A stretch of DNA of 63,849 nt, the filler included, from an uncultured Methanosarcinales archaeon (GTDB taxonomy: Archaea; Nanobdellota; Nanobdellia; Woesearchaeales; CAZXZL01): assembly GCA_964645415.1 (NCBI GenBank). It is 11 parts of 11 records of this genome, joined end to end, with 100 filler letters (N's around TTAATTAATTAA, not from the genome) between each part and the next. Parts side by side here need not be neighbours in the genome. Positions count along the whole stretch, not along the records: positions 14,214 to 21,001 come from CAZXZL010000046.1; positions 21,102 to 27,368 come from CAZXZL010000047.1; positions 27,469 to 33,429 come from CAZXZL010000048.1; 8 more parts are not named here. One strand, written 5' to 3'. Both the position numbers and the translations under genes were made by a program. The notes beneath the pieces are model-generated. The model was not told where the DNA came from. It made no database searches and was given only the letters and a program-made list of their open reading frames with translations. Positions within the stretch are counted from its first letter, which is position 1; the number at the start of each line of letters is the position of its first letter. Below, piece after piece: positions 20,106 to 30,214 of this stretch.

Positions 20106-20762
20106 TTATTCTATATTATCCTCAATAAATCTTTTAAGCAAACGAGAAACAAAAGATTCTTTATCAAATTTAAGATAAAAATAGCTTAAAACAGACACAA
20201 AAAAGGCACCAATAGCATCCAATATTAAATCTTTCATAGTATCTTCTAAACTAGGTTGCATAGTTGCTCCAAAAAAAGTATCAACAAAGAATTCAAAAAA
20301 CTCCCAAATAACACCCATAGTTACAGCAAAACAAAACACAAAGAAAGCAACAAAAAAAGGACTCATCATAACACCAGTAACCTTACTACCATCAGATTTC
20401 TTTTCAACAAGAAGATTTTGTTTATTAAAAGAATAAACAAGCATAAATCCAATAACACCAAGTAAAACACCTGATATTAAATGTAAAGCAGAATCCCACC
20501 ACCAAAAAACTTCATAAAAATCTCTAACTTCACCAAGATATATTCCTCCTAGAACAAAAAAAATTATAACAATATTAATCTCAGCAGGAAAACTAAAATC
20601 AAACTTTTTCTTAAAAAAAGTAGGTAAAGAAATAATAGCAATATTCAGAAAAATAAGAAAAGAATGTAAATAAGTTCTATTAATAATTGAAAAAATAAAA
20701 GCAACAAACAAAAAGACCAGCATAAAATACATTAAATTTCTTTCAAATTTTTTAACATTCAT
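20106..20762 (-). CDS. integral membrane protein (DUF2238/YjdF-like)
   Basis: WWWDSALH, GVIWEFFEF and DTMKDL motifs; several TM helices. Confidence 0.75.
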   Translation of the reverse strand: MNVKKFERNLMYFMLVFLFVAFIFSIINRTYLHSFLIFLNIAIISLPTFFKKKFDFSFPAEINIVIIFFVLGGIYLGEVRDFYEVFWWWDSALHLISGVLLGVIGFMLVYSFNKQNLLVEKKSDGSKVTGVMMSPFFVAFFVFCFAVTMGVIWEFFEFFVDTFFGATMQPSLEDTMKDLILDAIGAFFVSVLSYFYLKFDKESFVSRLLKRFIEDNIE

Positions 20763-20814
20763 ACTTAATATTAAAATCAACTCTTTTTATATATTTTCAT
20801 TTAAAGTAAAACAA

Positions 20815-21001
20815 TCTACGTTTTATCTTTTTCAAAAAAAGTATTCGTATTTAGCTAAAGGAAGTAGAAATTTTTTTATCTTCGATAATGTAGAAGTCAA
20901 AATCATCTAAAAAAAATACTAATAGAAATAGAAACAAAAAGAAATAGAATACTATAGAAACTACCGTGCCATACAGAGTATGGTACTATCCTAGTCAATT
21001 T
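20815..21001 (+). repeat. modular repeat copy, hairpin core at 20966..20986
   Basis: GTATTCGTATTTAGCTAAAG and TCTTCGA...GTCAAAATCATCTAA modules, then GAAACTACCGTGCCATACAGAGTATGGTACTATCC. Confidence 0.88.
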
Positions 21002-21305
21002 NNNNNNNNNNNNNNNNNNNNNNNNNNNNNNNNNNNNNNNNNNNNTTAATTAATTAANNNNNNNNNNNNNNNNNNNNNNNNNNNNNNNNNNNNNNNNNNN
21101 NTTGATAAAAATTGAAAAAAATCAACAGATTTTTTGTTTTTATAAGTTTTTAATTATGTATAAAATACCTCCTAAATTTAAATTAATTTAATGAACAAAA
21201 AAAAGTAAATGTGTAATTTTTTAATTAATATAAACCTTTTTATAGTAAAAATAGATATTTTATAAATATACATAAACATAAAAATTTAAGATATCGGTAT
21301 TAAAG

Positions 21306-23282
21306 ATGAAGAAGTTTTTTATAGTGATTTTATTGTATTCCATTTTGCTAGTTTCTAGTGTTTATTCTAACGAATTACCTCAACTAAATATTTCTATTGA
21401 TGAAAGAATAACTCAAGAAATAACATATAATCCTTTATATGACTCTCATAGTGATTATAATCCTGATTGGATTACTGAAAGCCAAAATCAATCTAATTAC
21501 AACCCTAATGGAAAAATTATCATTGAAAATGTTAACTCTGATTGGACAGACTCTTCATTAGGAGATATATTCATTGAAATAGATGACACATATTACATAG
21601 AATCAATTGACAGTGAAAACAGTGAAGTATCAATAAATCAACAAGGAGATTCAATTTTAATATATATTCCATTACTAAATCCAAATGAAAACATAACAAT
21701 AGACTACAATATAGATCCAAGTATTATAGAACCACCAATAAGTATAGAAACTGATTATAGTCAAGATAGAATTCTTCCAGGAGAAACAATTACTGTTTAT
21801 GACACAGTAGAATCAAACTTTGAAGGTAATCAATATCATGATAATTGTATATATGACTTACAACTAACTCATAATGCAATTAATAATAACGATAATCATC
21901 CAACATATGAATTCTCATTTACAGGAAATATAGATGGAAATCATGATACTTATGCAAATTTAATTGATGATTATACTCTTTTATTTGATTTATCAAATGA
22001 AGGATGTATTGAAAATGAAGATATCTTTGATTTAAATTATGAATTAGAATCACCTGACAATATATCTGAAACAAGCAGTTATAACTTTGTTGAAACAGAA
22101 ATCGAATACTTAATTAACTCAACAATATCTGATATAAATGTAATTGATGTAAAAGCAAAATCAGAAGGAATTGACTTTAACTTATCACAAGAAGTAATAG
22201 GTTTTACAAATGAATCAGATATAAATGATGAAAATGTTTCTTGGGAAGTAACATCAAACATTTTTACTCAACTTGAAAGTATATCTTATAATTTATCTGA
22301 AGTAACAATGTGGGTTTCTGAACCAGAAAATGAGATTGAAACAGATATTCAATCAATTGATCATGATTCTGTTTCAAATGAATTATTAGAAGTAAAATAT
22401 AACTGGAGTGGAATGTATACCGAATCATCAATTAATGAAGATTGTAGTATTGATCAAATATTAACATCAGAAAATCCATTCTCCTCATCAAATAATAATG
22501 ATTGTATCTGGTCATTTAATTATTCATACAATCCATCTCCAATTGTTTTTTTAGAATTTGACTTCGAATTATTAGTCAACAATTATTTACTTAGAGAAGG
22601 AACAGGAGATACAGAATCAGCTCAAATACAAACACACTATGAAACAAAAAATGGTGAAGATTTATTTCATCGACAAATCTTTATGATACTTGATTATTGG
22701 TTATCACTTGAAAAAAACGTAACTTCAATAGGAAATGATACATACTTAATTGAAGTTTGGGTAAAGAATCGAGGTAATCAATGGACTCCAATTAATTCAC
22801 CAGTTTCAATATTTGATTATTTACCAAGCGATTTTGAATTAGTAACAAATTTAACTGACACTCAAAATCAATCAATTTATTCTGATACATTAAGTAATGT
22901 TTATACTACAGAATATGATAACTTTTCTATAACTACTGATGGAGACTTTCAAGGAGAAATGTTAAAATGGTCTTTAAATTATAATAACAATGATTATAAC
23001 ATTAACTCATCACTTTCACCAGGAGATGATACTGGCTGGGATGACTTTGATTCAACATGGTATACAAGATATAAAGTTCGTGGAGAAGGTGATTATGAAT
23101 CTAGAGAATTATATATCACAGGTTTAGATCCAGAATTAGTAGAAGGTGCATCAAGTGATAGATACATTGAATTTAGTTCAGGTATTGAAACTCTTAGAAA
23201 CGAAGAGATATTATTTTTATTAGCATTCATATTATCTATTGCAATAATGATTTTAATTCTAAAAAAACTTAATTATATCTAA
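21306..23282 (+). CDS. large secreted acidic surface protein with C-terminal membrane anchor
   Basis: Signal peptide, Asn/Asp/Ser/Thr-rich beta-type repeats, many NxS/T sequons, C-terminal TM followed by KK. Confidence 0.75.
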   Translation: MKKFFIVILLYSILLVSSVYSNELPQLNISIDERITQEITYNPLYDSHSDYNPDWITESQNQSNYNPNGKIIIENVNSDWTDSSLGDIFIEIDDTYYIESIDSENSEVSINQQGDSILIYIPLLNPNENITIDYNIDPSIIEPPISIETDYSQDRILPGETITVYDTVESNFEGNQYHDNCIYDLQLTHNAINNNDNHPTYEFSFTGNIDGNHDTYANLIDDYTLLFDLSNEGCIENEDIFDLNYELESPDNISETSSYNFVETEIEYLINSTISDINVIDVKAKSEGIDFNLSQEVIGFTNESDINDENVSWEVTSNIFTQLESISYNLSEVTMWVSEPENEIETDIQSIDHDSVSNELLEVKYNWSGMYTESSINEDCSIDQILTSENPFSSSNNNDCIWSFNYSYNPSPIVFLEFDFELLVNNYLLREGTGDTESAQIQTHYETKNGEDLFHRQIFMILDYWLSLEKNVTSIGNDTYLIEVWVKNRGNQWTPINSPVSIFDYLPSDFELVTNLTDTQNQSIYSDTLSNVYTTEYDNFSITTDGDFQGEMLKWSLNYNNNDYNINSSLSPGDDTGWDDFDSTWYTRYKVRGEGDYESRELYITGLDPELVEGASSDRYIEFSSGIETLRNEEILFLLAFILSIAIMILILKKLNYI

Positions 23283-23365
23283 ATAAAAATATCAATCACA
23301 ACAACGTATATTATTATTAAAAAGTAGCAACTAAATTATATAAAATTAAAATTATAATATTAATT

Positions 23366-23701
23366 ATGGGATTAAAAAATGTAATTATAGCATTAGCAAT
23401 TTCAATCTTAATCACATATTTTGGACTTTCTGCAGTACATAATTATGCATTTAGAGAAGAAGATAGAAGATTACAGAGCCAACTTGAAAGACAAGAAGAA
23501 GAGGCTTTTAGTATAGAAGTTTTTAATGATACAGAATATACCAGACCACCACGTTTTTGTGTATTTAATTGTGTTCCAGCACCTGATCATAGACAATGTC
23601 AAGAAAAATGTTCTAGTTGGGGCGATCAAGAAGATCATTTAATTGTAGGTTCAAGTGCATCAAATGTAGGTGAGTGTTATTGTTTTTATCATGGAGTATA
23701 A
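23366..23701 (+). CDS. small membrane-anchored protein with Cys-rich C-terminal domain
   Basis: N-terminal TM; C-x3-C...C-x3-C...C-x-C. Confidence 0.65.
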   Translation: MGLKNVIIALAISILITYFGLSAVHNYAFREEDRRLQSQLERQEEEAFSIEVFNDTEYTRPPRFCVFNCVPAPDHRQCQEKCSSWGDQEDHLIVGSSASNVGECYCFYHGV

Positions 23702-24228
23702 ATAAAACCAATATCTTTTCCACAATTAAATTGTTCTAATTCTTTTTTATCTTTTAAAAAATCAATACTATCTTTATTAATTTTTTCTGGAATAGTTATT
23801 ATAAAATATTTACAAATCTTTTTAAATTCTTTATATACTTTTTTTGGCTGTTTAAAATTTTGAAAAGCACTTAAAGAAACTCCAAGATGATATGAATTTT
23901 TTCTAAACTTTAATTTATTTAATTTATCAGCATCAAAAACAATAAAATTAATATCTTGATAATCTCTTTTTGCAATTTCTATTAATTTATTACTAATATC
24001 AAAACCATATACTTCATAGCCTAATTCCTTCAACCAAATACTACTTATACCTGTACCACATCCTAAATCTATTGCTTTCTTATTTTCATTTGCTTTCAAA
24101 ATATTTCTTTTTTTTAATATATCTTTTATAACTCCTATTTTTTCTCTTTGCTCTTCTCCATACAATTCATTATAACTAGAAGAAATTTCATTGTAATATT
24201 TCTTTGAACTAACATTATCTTTTTTCAT
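23689..24228 (-). CDS. class I SAM-dependent methyltransferase
   Basis: IDLGCGTG and GFDIS motifs. Confidence 0.88.
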   Translation of the reverse strand: MKKDNVSSKKYYNEISSSYNELYGEEQREKIGVIKDILKKRNILKANENKKAIDLGCGTGISSIWLKELGYEVYGFDISNKLIEIAKRDYQDINFIVFDADKLNKLKFRKNSYHLGVSLSAFQNFKQPKKVYKEFKKICKYFIITIPEKINKDSIDFLKDKKELEQFNCGKDIGFIYTP

Positions 24229-24310
24229 AGAAAAAAATACTTTAAATAATTTATAAATCTAATGAATTAATTAAAAAAATTTATAAATCTATTATAATAC
24301 TAAATTTAAA

Positions 24311-24640
24311 TTGATTAATTGGGAAGATTTTAAAAAAGTTAATATGAGAGTTGGAACAATTATTGAAGCAAAAGATTTTGATAAAGCAAGGAAACCTTCT
24401 TATAAATTAAAAATAGACTTTGGTGAATTTGGAATAAAAAAATCAAGTGCACAAATAACAGACTTGTATAAAAAAGAAGATTTAATTGGAAAACAAATCG
24501 TTGCTGTAACAAATTTAGGAAAAAAACAAATTGCTAACTTTATTTCTGAATGCCTTATCTTAGGGGTAATTCAATCTAATGGAAGTGTTATTTTACTTGA
24601 GACTGAAAGAAAAGCCCAAGATGGTTTATTGGTTGAGTAA
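24311..24640 (+). CDS. csaA: tRNA-binding/chaperone protein CsaA
   Basis: RVGTI, ARKPSYKLKIDFG, KKSSAQIT, KQIANFISECLILG. Confidence 0.9.
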   Translation: MINWEDFKKVNMRVGTIIEAKDFDKARKPSYKLKIDFGEFGIKKSSAQITDLYKKEDLIGKQIVAVTNLGKKQIANFISECLILGVIQSNGSVILLETERKAQDGLLVE

Positions 24641-24641
24641 T

Positions 24642-25109
24642 TTAATACACATCATTATAAACATCTTTTAAAGCTTGTAAAGGCATATCTTTTGGATCTT
24701 TATAAGCACATAATGGGTATACTCTATCAAAACCCATATCTTTATATTTTTTAATTAAAGAGTCAGAATCTAAGTCTTTTCCAATTGTAAGATTCCCACC
24801 CAAATAAAGTATAACATCATCAAGACCTTTCTCAACAAACATATCTTTCAAACCTTTACAATCCATTTCAGCATGTCCATATAAACTTGATACCCACACA
24901 GAATCTGCACCAGTTTCTTGTGCAGCATTAACAAATTCTTTCTTTGAATTCATAACACCTAAATTTACTTGTTCTATATAATCACAATCTCTTAGAATAG
25001 TTTCTATTATAGAATTACCAATTGCATGAACATCTGAGCCAATCATCCCATGAACTATTTTAATTAATCCACCTTCATCTTTTTTATTATATTTCATACT
25101 GGCATTCAT
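24642..25109 (-). CDS. cobalamin-binding protein, glutamate mutase sigma subunit-like
   Basis: DxHxxG (SDVHAIG), VNLGV, VSSLYGHAE, YLGGNL, MGFDRVYP. Confidence 0.85.
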   Translation of the reverse strand: MNASMKYNKKDEGGLIKIVHGMIGSDVHAIGNSIIETILRDCDYIEQVNLGVMNSKKEFVNAAQETGADSVWVSSLYGHAEMDCKGLKDMFVEKGLDDVILYLGGNLTIGKDLDSDSLIKKYKDMGFDRVYPLCAYKDPKDMPLQALKDVYNDVY

Positions 25110-25140
25110 TAGTGAAAGTGATATTTATATTTAACTAAAA

Positions 25141-25770
25141 TTAATCAATTTTTAACTCATTAAAATAACTCATAAAAGAATAAATTACTTCTTCATTTTC
25201 TTTAATTATATTTTCAATTAACTTTAGATAACCTTTTTTTATAATTTCATTAAAAATTTCATTATCTTCTACATTTGTCCTTATTACTTTCTTTGAAATA
25301 ATATTAAAAATATCCTCATTGTAATTTTTTTCATAATAATGATTATAATAGAATTCAATTTCTCTTTTAGATATTTTTTTAAAAGGAGAATCATAATTAA
25401 AATCATAATCTTTTGTTTTAATTGGTTTATCTTGTGAGATATTTTCTAAAAAATATTCTTCATTAAATTCTGAAATATTTGAAAGATCAAATAAAACCTT
25501 TGCTGAAAATAATTCTTTAGATATAATAAATGCATCATTACTTGTTTTATTTCCTTTAATTGCATATTTTACTTTCTTAAAGTATTTAGATAAAATATAC
25601 TTAAAAACATCTTCATTAATATCAGAAAAAACATACAATCTTTTATATGGTGAGTTATAAAGAAAGTTTAAAACTTTTTTTTCAAATAACTTTTTAAAAC
25701 AATTTTTACAAAACTGACTAGTATTATTTTTTACATTAGAACCACATCTTTTACACATTTTATTGTTCAT
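25141..25770 (-). CDS. hypothetical protein with N-terminal CxxC...CxxC zinc finger (degenerate TtcA/Ctu-like?)
   Basis: CKRC and FCKNCFKKLFEKKV; P.K.ISKREI; no PP-loop. Confidence 0.55.
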   Translation of the reverse strand: MNNKMCKRCGSNVKNNTSQFCKNCFKKLFEKKVLNFLYNSPYKRLYVFSDINEDVFKYILSKYFKKVKYAIKGNKTSNDAFIISKELFSAKVLFDLSNISEFNEEYFLENISQDKPIKTKDYDFNYDSPFKKISKREIEFYYNHYYEKNYNEDIFNIISKKVIRTNVEDNEIFNEIIKKGYLKLIENIIKENEEVIYSFMSYFNELKID

Positions 25771-25831
25771 ATTTTATTGTAAAATCGTTAAGTTTATAAA
25801 TTTTTAAAATTTCTTCTACTTAGGTGGTCTT

Positions 25832-27274
25832 ATGTCAAATGATAAACCAGAAAGATTAAATGCAAAAAAAGAAGAGAATTTTTCTGAGTGGTTTACTCAG
25901 ATAATAACTAAATCAGAACTTATATCCTATTCAAAAGTATCTGGTTGTCATGTATTAAGACCGAGAGCGTTTCATTTTTGGGAAGAGTTCAAAGGTTATT
26001 TTAATAAAGAAATTAAGAAAAGAGGTGTAGAAAATACTTATTTTCCTATGTTAATACCTGAAAACCTTTTACAAAAAGAAGCAGAACATGTTGAAGGTTT
26101 TTCGCCAGAAGTAGCATGGGTAACTCATAGTGGTAATTCTAAATTAAATGAAAGGTTAGCAATTAGACCTACCTCTGAAACAATCATGTATGATTTTTAC
26201 AAAGATTGGATTAGATCACACAAAGATTTACCTTTAAAATTACATCAATGGTGTAATATTGTTAGATGGGAATTTAATAATCCAACTCCTTTCTTAAGAT
26301 CAAGAGAATTCTTATGGCAAGAAGGACATTCTGCTTTTTCTAATAAAGAAGAAGCTGATGAGGAAGTAAGAGATATTTTATCATTGTATGCAAAATCCTT
26401 TAAAGAGCTTTTTGCAATACCTTCATTAGAAGGTGAAAAGAGTAAAAAAGAAACTTTTGCAGGAGCAGATTATAGTTTATCTGTAGAAACATTTTTACCT
26501 TCAGGAAAAGGAATTCAGATGGCAACATCTCATCATTTAGGACAGAACTTTTCTAAAGCTTTTGATATTAGCTTTACAGATGAGAATAGTGAAGAAAAAT
26601 TTGCTTATCAAAATTCTTGGGGTACAAGTACAAGAGCTATTGGAACTATGATTATAACTCATTCTGATAATAAAGGATTAATTATGCCTCCAAGAATTGC
26701 ATATCCACAAGCTGTAATTGTTCCTATTTTATTTGAAGATAGTAAAAAAGAAGTCTTAGATGTAAGTAAATCATTAAAAGAAAAATTAGATGATGATGTA
26801 TTAGTAAAATTAGATGATAGAGACTCTTATTCTCCAGGATGGAAGTTTAATGAATGGGAAATGAAAGGAGTTCCAATTAGAATAGAAATTGGTCCAAGAG
26901 ATATTAAAAATAATAAGGCAGTATTAGTAAGAAGAGACACTGGTGAAAAAACTTCTGTTGAAATGGATGAAGTTAAAGAAAAAGTAAATGAATTATTAGA
27001 AGAGATTCACAATAATCTTTACAACAGAGCAGAAAAATTCATTGAAAAAAATACAGTAGAACCAAGTGATTTTGAAGAATTTAAGGAAGCAATTAGTAAT
27101 GGAAAAATGGTTAAAGCAAAATGGTGTACAACAGAAGAATGTGAAGATCATATCAAGCATGAATCTGGTGGAGCAAAATCACTTAACATGACCTTTGAAA
27201 AAGATATAGAAGGCAAATGTATTTATTGTGATAAAAAAGCAAAAAGAAACACATATTTTGCTAAAAGTTACTAA
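25832..27274 (+). CDS. proS: prolyl-tRNA synthetase (archaeal/eukaryotic type)
   Basis: IRPTSET, VRWE, PFLRSREFLWQEGH, QNSWGTSTR, C-terminal FAKSY. Confidence 0.97.
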   Translation: MSNDKPERLNAKKEENFSEWFTQIITKSELISYSKVSGCHVLRPRAFHFWEEFKGYFNKEIKKRGVENTYFPMLIPENLLQKEAEHVEGFSPEVAWVTHSGNSKLNERLAIRPTSETIMYDFYKDWIRSHKDLPLKLHQWCNIVRWEFNNPTPFLRSREFLWQEGHSAFSNKEEADEEVRDILSLYAKSFKELFAIPSLEGEKSKKETFAGADYSLSVETFLPSGKGIQMATSHHLGQNFSKAFDISFTDENSEEKFAYQNSWGTSTRAIGTMIITHSDNKGLIMPPRIAYPQAVIVPILFEDSKKEVLDVSKSLKEKLDDDVLVKLDDRDSYSPGWKFNEWEMKGVPIRIEIGPRDIKNNKAVLVRRDTGEKTSVEMDEVKEKVNELLEEIHNNLYNRAEKFIEKNTVEPSDFEEFKEAISNGKMVKAKWCTTEECEDHIKHESGGAKSLNMTFEKDIEGKCIYCDKKAKRNTYFAKSY

Positions 27275-27289
27275 TCTTTTCTTATTTTT

Positions 27290-27368
27290 TTTATTTTATT
27301 TTATTTCTTTTTGTTTCATTCTTTTAAGTTACTTTTTCTTAGATGGTTTTGCCCTCAATCTTTATCAA
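27290..27368 (-). repeat. partial modular repeat (no hairpin core)
   Basis: TTTCTTTTTGTTTCATTCTTTTAAGTT and TTAGATGGTTTTGCCCTCAATCTTTATCA match the reverse complement of modules at 50255-50310. Confidence 0.75.
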
Positions 27369-27481
27369 NNNNNNNNNNNNNNNNNNNNNNNNNNNNNNNN
27401 NNNNNNNNNNNNTTAATTAATTAANNNNNNNNNNNNNNNNNNNNNNNNNNNNNNNNNNNNNNNNNNNNTTTGGTGTATAAA

Positions 27482-28129
27482 ATGAATAAAGATAAAGATG
27501 TTATGAGTACAGGAACTACAACAATTGGATTAAAGTATAAAAACGGAGTAGTTATCGCTGCAGACCGTAGAGCAACTGCTGGTAATATGATTGTAAATCC
27601 AAAAGCGAAAAAAATTCATACAATTAATAGTAGATTTACTTTAACTACATCTGGTACTGTTTCTGATGCTCAAAAAGTTATTAAGTTATTAGATGCAAAT
27701 ATTAATGTTAATGAAAATAGAAGAAATAGAGATTTACTAGTTAAAGAAGTTGCAAGTATGTTATCTTCTTATGTTTATTCTAATATTAGGGCAATGAGGC
27801 CTCTTCCGGCTGTAACTCATTTTTTACTTGCTGGTTATGATTCAAAAGGAATCCATTTATATGATGTTTTTCCAGATGGATCTTTAACTGAAATTGATAA
27901 TTTTGTAAGTAGTGGTAGCGGTAGTGTTTTCTCATATGGTGTTTTAGAATCACAATATGAAGAAGATATGTCTCAAAAAGAAGCAACTGACCTTGCTCTT
28001 AATGCAATTAATACTTCTTTAAGAAGAGATAGTGCTACAGGAAACGGTGTTGAAGTATTTATTATTGAAAAAGATAATATTGAAAAAGTAATTGACAAAA
28101 AAGTTTCTGTTGATGTAAGTAACAATTAA
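27482..28129 (+). CDS. psmB: proteasome beta subunit
   Basis: Propeptide then G/TTTIG, AADRRAT, K33, SGSGS, RDSATGN. Confidence 0.95.
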   Translation: MNKDKDVMSTGTTTIGLKYKNGVVIAADRRATAGNMIVNPKAKKIHTINSRFTLTTSGTVSDAQKVIKLLDANINVNENRRNRDLLVKEVASMLSSYVYSNIRAMRPLPAVTHFLLAGYDSKGIHLYDVFPDGSLTEIDNFVSSGSGSVFSYGVLESQYEEDMSQKEATDLALNAINTSLRRDSATGNGVEVFIIEKDNIEKVIDKKVSVDVSNN

Positions 28130-28166
28130 TTTTCTTATTTTCGTTTTTTTATTATAGGGGAGTTCC

Positions 28167-30068
28167 ATGGGAAATATTATTAAAGAAATTCTAGAACATT
28201 TACCGAAAGGAAAAATTACCTTTGCAGGTTTTGAAGGAGCAAAAATCGTTTTATATACTAAAGATAAAAACTTCTATAAAAATGATAAAGGTAGTGTCAA
28301 AAAGGCTGTTAATGAATTTAAAAAGAGAATTGAACTAAGAGCAGATCCTTCCATTACTCGTGATGCTGAAGATACAAAGAAATTTATCAAAGAAAATCTT
28401 CCTGAAGAATCTGGAATTTCTAATATTTTATTTGACCCTCAAAGATCTATAGTCACCATTGAAGTTGAAAAACCTGGTGCAGCTATTGGAAAAAATGGTT
28501 CAAACTTAAGAGAAGTTAAAAATAATACTTTTTGGACACCTAAAGTAAGAAGAAAACCTGCAATTAGGTCACCTTTAATTGAAGACATTAGATCTGTTTT
28601 ATATGAGAATAATGATGAAATCAAGAATTTTCTTAACTCTGTTGGTGAAAGAATTTACAATGGTTGGATTAGAGGTAGAAAAGATGAGTGGGTGAGAACA
28701 ACTTTTTTAGGTGGTGCTAAACAAATTGGTAGAAGTTCTATTTTACTTCAAACACCTGAATCTCGTGTACTTCTTGATTGTGGAATTGATCCTGCATTAG
28801 ATGCTGATAATCCAGATTCATATCCTATTTTTGATGCTCCTGAATTTGATTTAAAAGAATTAGACGCAGTAATCGTTAGTCATGCTCATTTAGATCACTC
28901 TGGGATGATTCCTTATTTATTTAGAATGGGTTATAGAGGTCCTGTTTATTGTACTGAACCAACAAGAGATATTATGTCATTACTTCAATTAGATTCAGTT
29001 AAAATTGTTCGTGGTCAAGGAAACAAACCACTTTATACATCTGATGATATTAAAGAAATGGTAAAACATACTATTCCTTTAGATTATAAAAAAGTAACAG
29101 ATATAACTCCTGATGTTAGAATTACTATGTATAATGCAGGACATATTTTAGGTTCTAGTATGGTTCATCTTCATATTGGTAATGGTCTTCATAATTTACT
29201 TTACACTGGTGATATTAAATTTTCAAGAACTAAACTACTTGATAGAGCAGATAATGTATTTCCAAGATTAGAATCAATGATTTTAGAAAGTACTTATGGT
29301 AGTCCTAAAAAAGTTCCTCCTGGAAGAAGAGAAACTGAAAGGAACTTTAAAAATTATATTATAAATACTGTAAATGATGATGGAAAAGTATTAATCCCTG
29401 TTTTAGGTGTAGGTCGTGCTCAAGAAGTAATGTTGATGATACACGATTTAATTGAAAAAAATAAGATACCTAAAGTTCCAGTTTATTTAGATGGTATGCT
29501 TTGGGATGTTACAGCAATTCATACTGCTTATCCAGAATATTTAAACTATCATGTTAGAAAAAAGATATTTAATAATAACAATCCATTTTTAGCAAGTCAT
29601 TTTAATAGAGTTGGAAGTAATAAGGAAAGAAAGCAAATTATTCAAGAAGATGGTCCTTATATTGTACTTGCAACTTCAGGTATGCTTGTAGGTGGAGCTT
29701 CTGTTCAATACTTTAGAGAATTAGCAGAAAATCCAAAAAATTCAATAATTTTTGTTTCATATCAAGCAGAAGGTTCTTTAGGTAGAAAAATTCAAGAAGG
29801 TAGAAAACGTTTTACCATGTTAAATGATAATAAAAAGAAAGTAAAAGTACAAATGAAAATGAATGTATATGAATTACATGGTCTATCTGGTCATTCTAAT
29901 GCTTTAGAATTAAAAAGATTTGTTAATTCTTGTAAACCATCTCCAAATAGAATTTTAATTGTCCATGGTGAAGGATCTGGTCCTTTTGAATTATCTGGAT
30001 TTTTAAAAGCTAAAACAAAAGCTGATGCTTATGTACCTGCAGCCTTAGATTCAATAAGGCTTGTATAA
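28167..30068 (+). CDS. fttA: beta-CASP ribonuclease aCPSF1 / termination factor FttA
   Basis: N-terminal KH domains, SHAHLDH, AGHILGS, ESTYG, SGH, VHGE; follows psmB, the usual archaeal arrangement. Confidence 0.95.
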   Translation: MGNIIKEILEHLPKGKITFAGFEGAKIVLYTKDKNFYKNDKGSVKKAVNEFKKRIELRADPSITRDAEDTKKFIKENLPEESGISNILFDPQRSIVTIEVEKPGAAIGKNGSNLREVKNNTFWTPKVRRKPAIRSPLIEDIRSVLYENNDEIKNFLNSVGERIYNGWIRGRKDEWVRTTFLGGAKQIGRSSILLQTPESRVLLDCGIDPALDADNPDSYPIFDAPEFDLKELDAVIVSHAHLDHSGMIPYLFRMGYRGPVYCTEPTRDIMSLLQLDSVKIVRGQGNKPLYTSDDIKEMVKHTIPLDYKKVTDITPDVRITMYNAGHILGSSMVHLHIGNGLHNLLYTGDIKFSRTKLLDRADNVFPRLESMILESTYGSPKKVPPGRRETERNFKNYIINTVNDDGKVLIPVLGVGRAQEVMLMIHDLIEKNKIPKVPVYLDGMLWDVTAIHTAYPEYLNYHVRKKIFNNNNPFLASHFNRVGSNKERKQIIQEDGPYIVLATSGMLVGGASVQYFRELAENPKNSIIFVSYQAEGSLGRKIQEGRKRFTMLNDNKKKVKVQMKMNVYELHGLSGHSNALELKRFVNSCKPSPNRILIVHGEGSGPFELSGFLKAKTKADAYVPAALDSIRLV

Positions 30069-30214
30069 AATTAATTTTTTATTTCTATTTTATTATTATT
30101 ATTATTATTATTTTTTATTAAAATTCATATTTTCTTAAATAGATTTTTTTAGTTCAAAAAATACTTTTAATAATTATAAAAAGATTTAATAAATATATTA
30201 TAATCAATTATATT

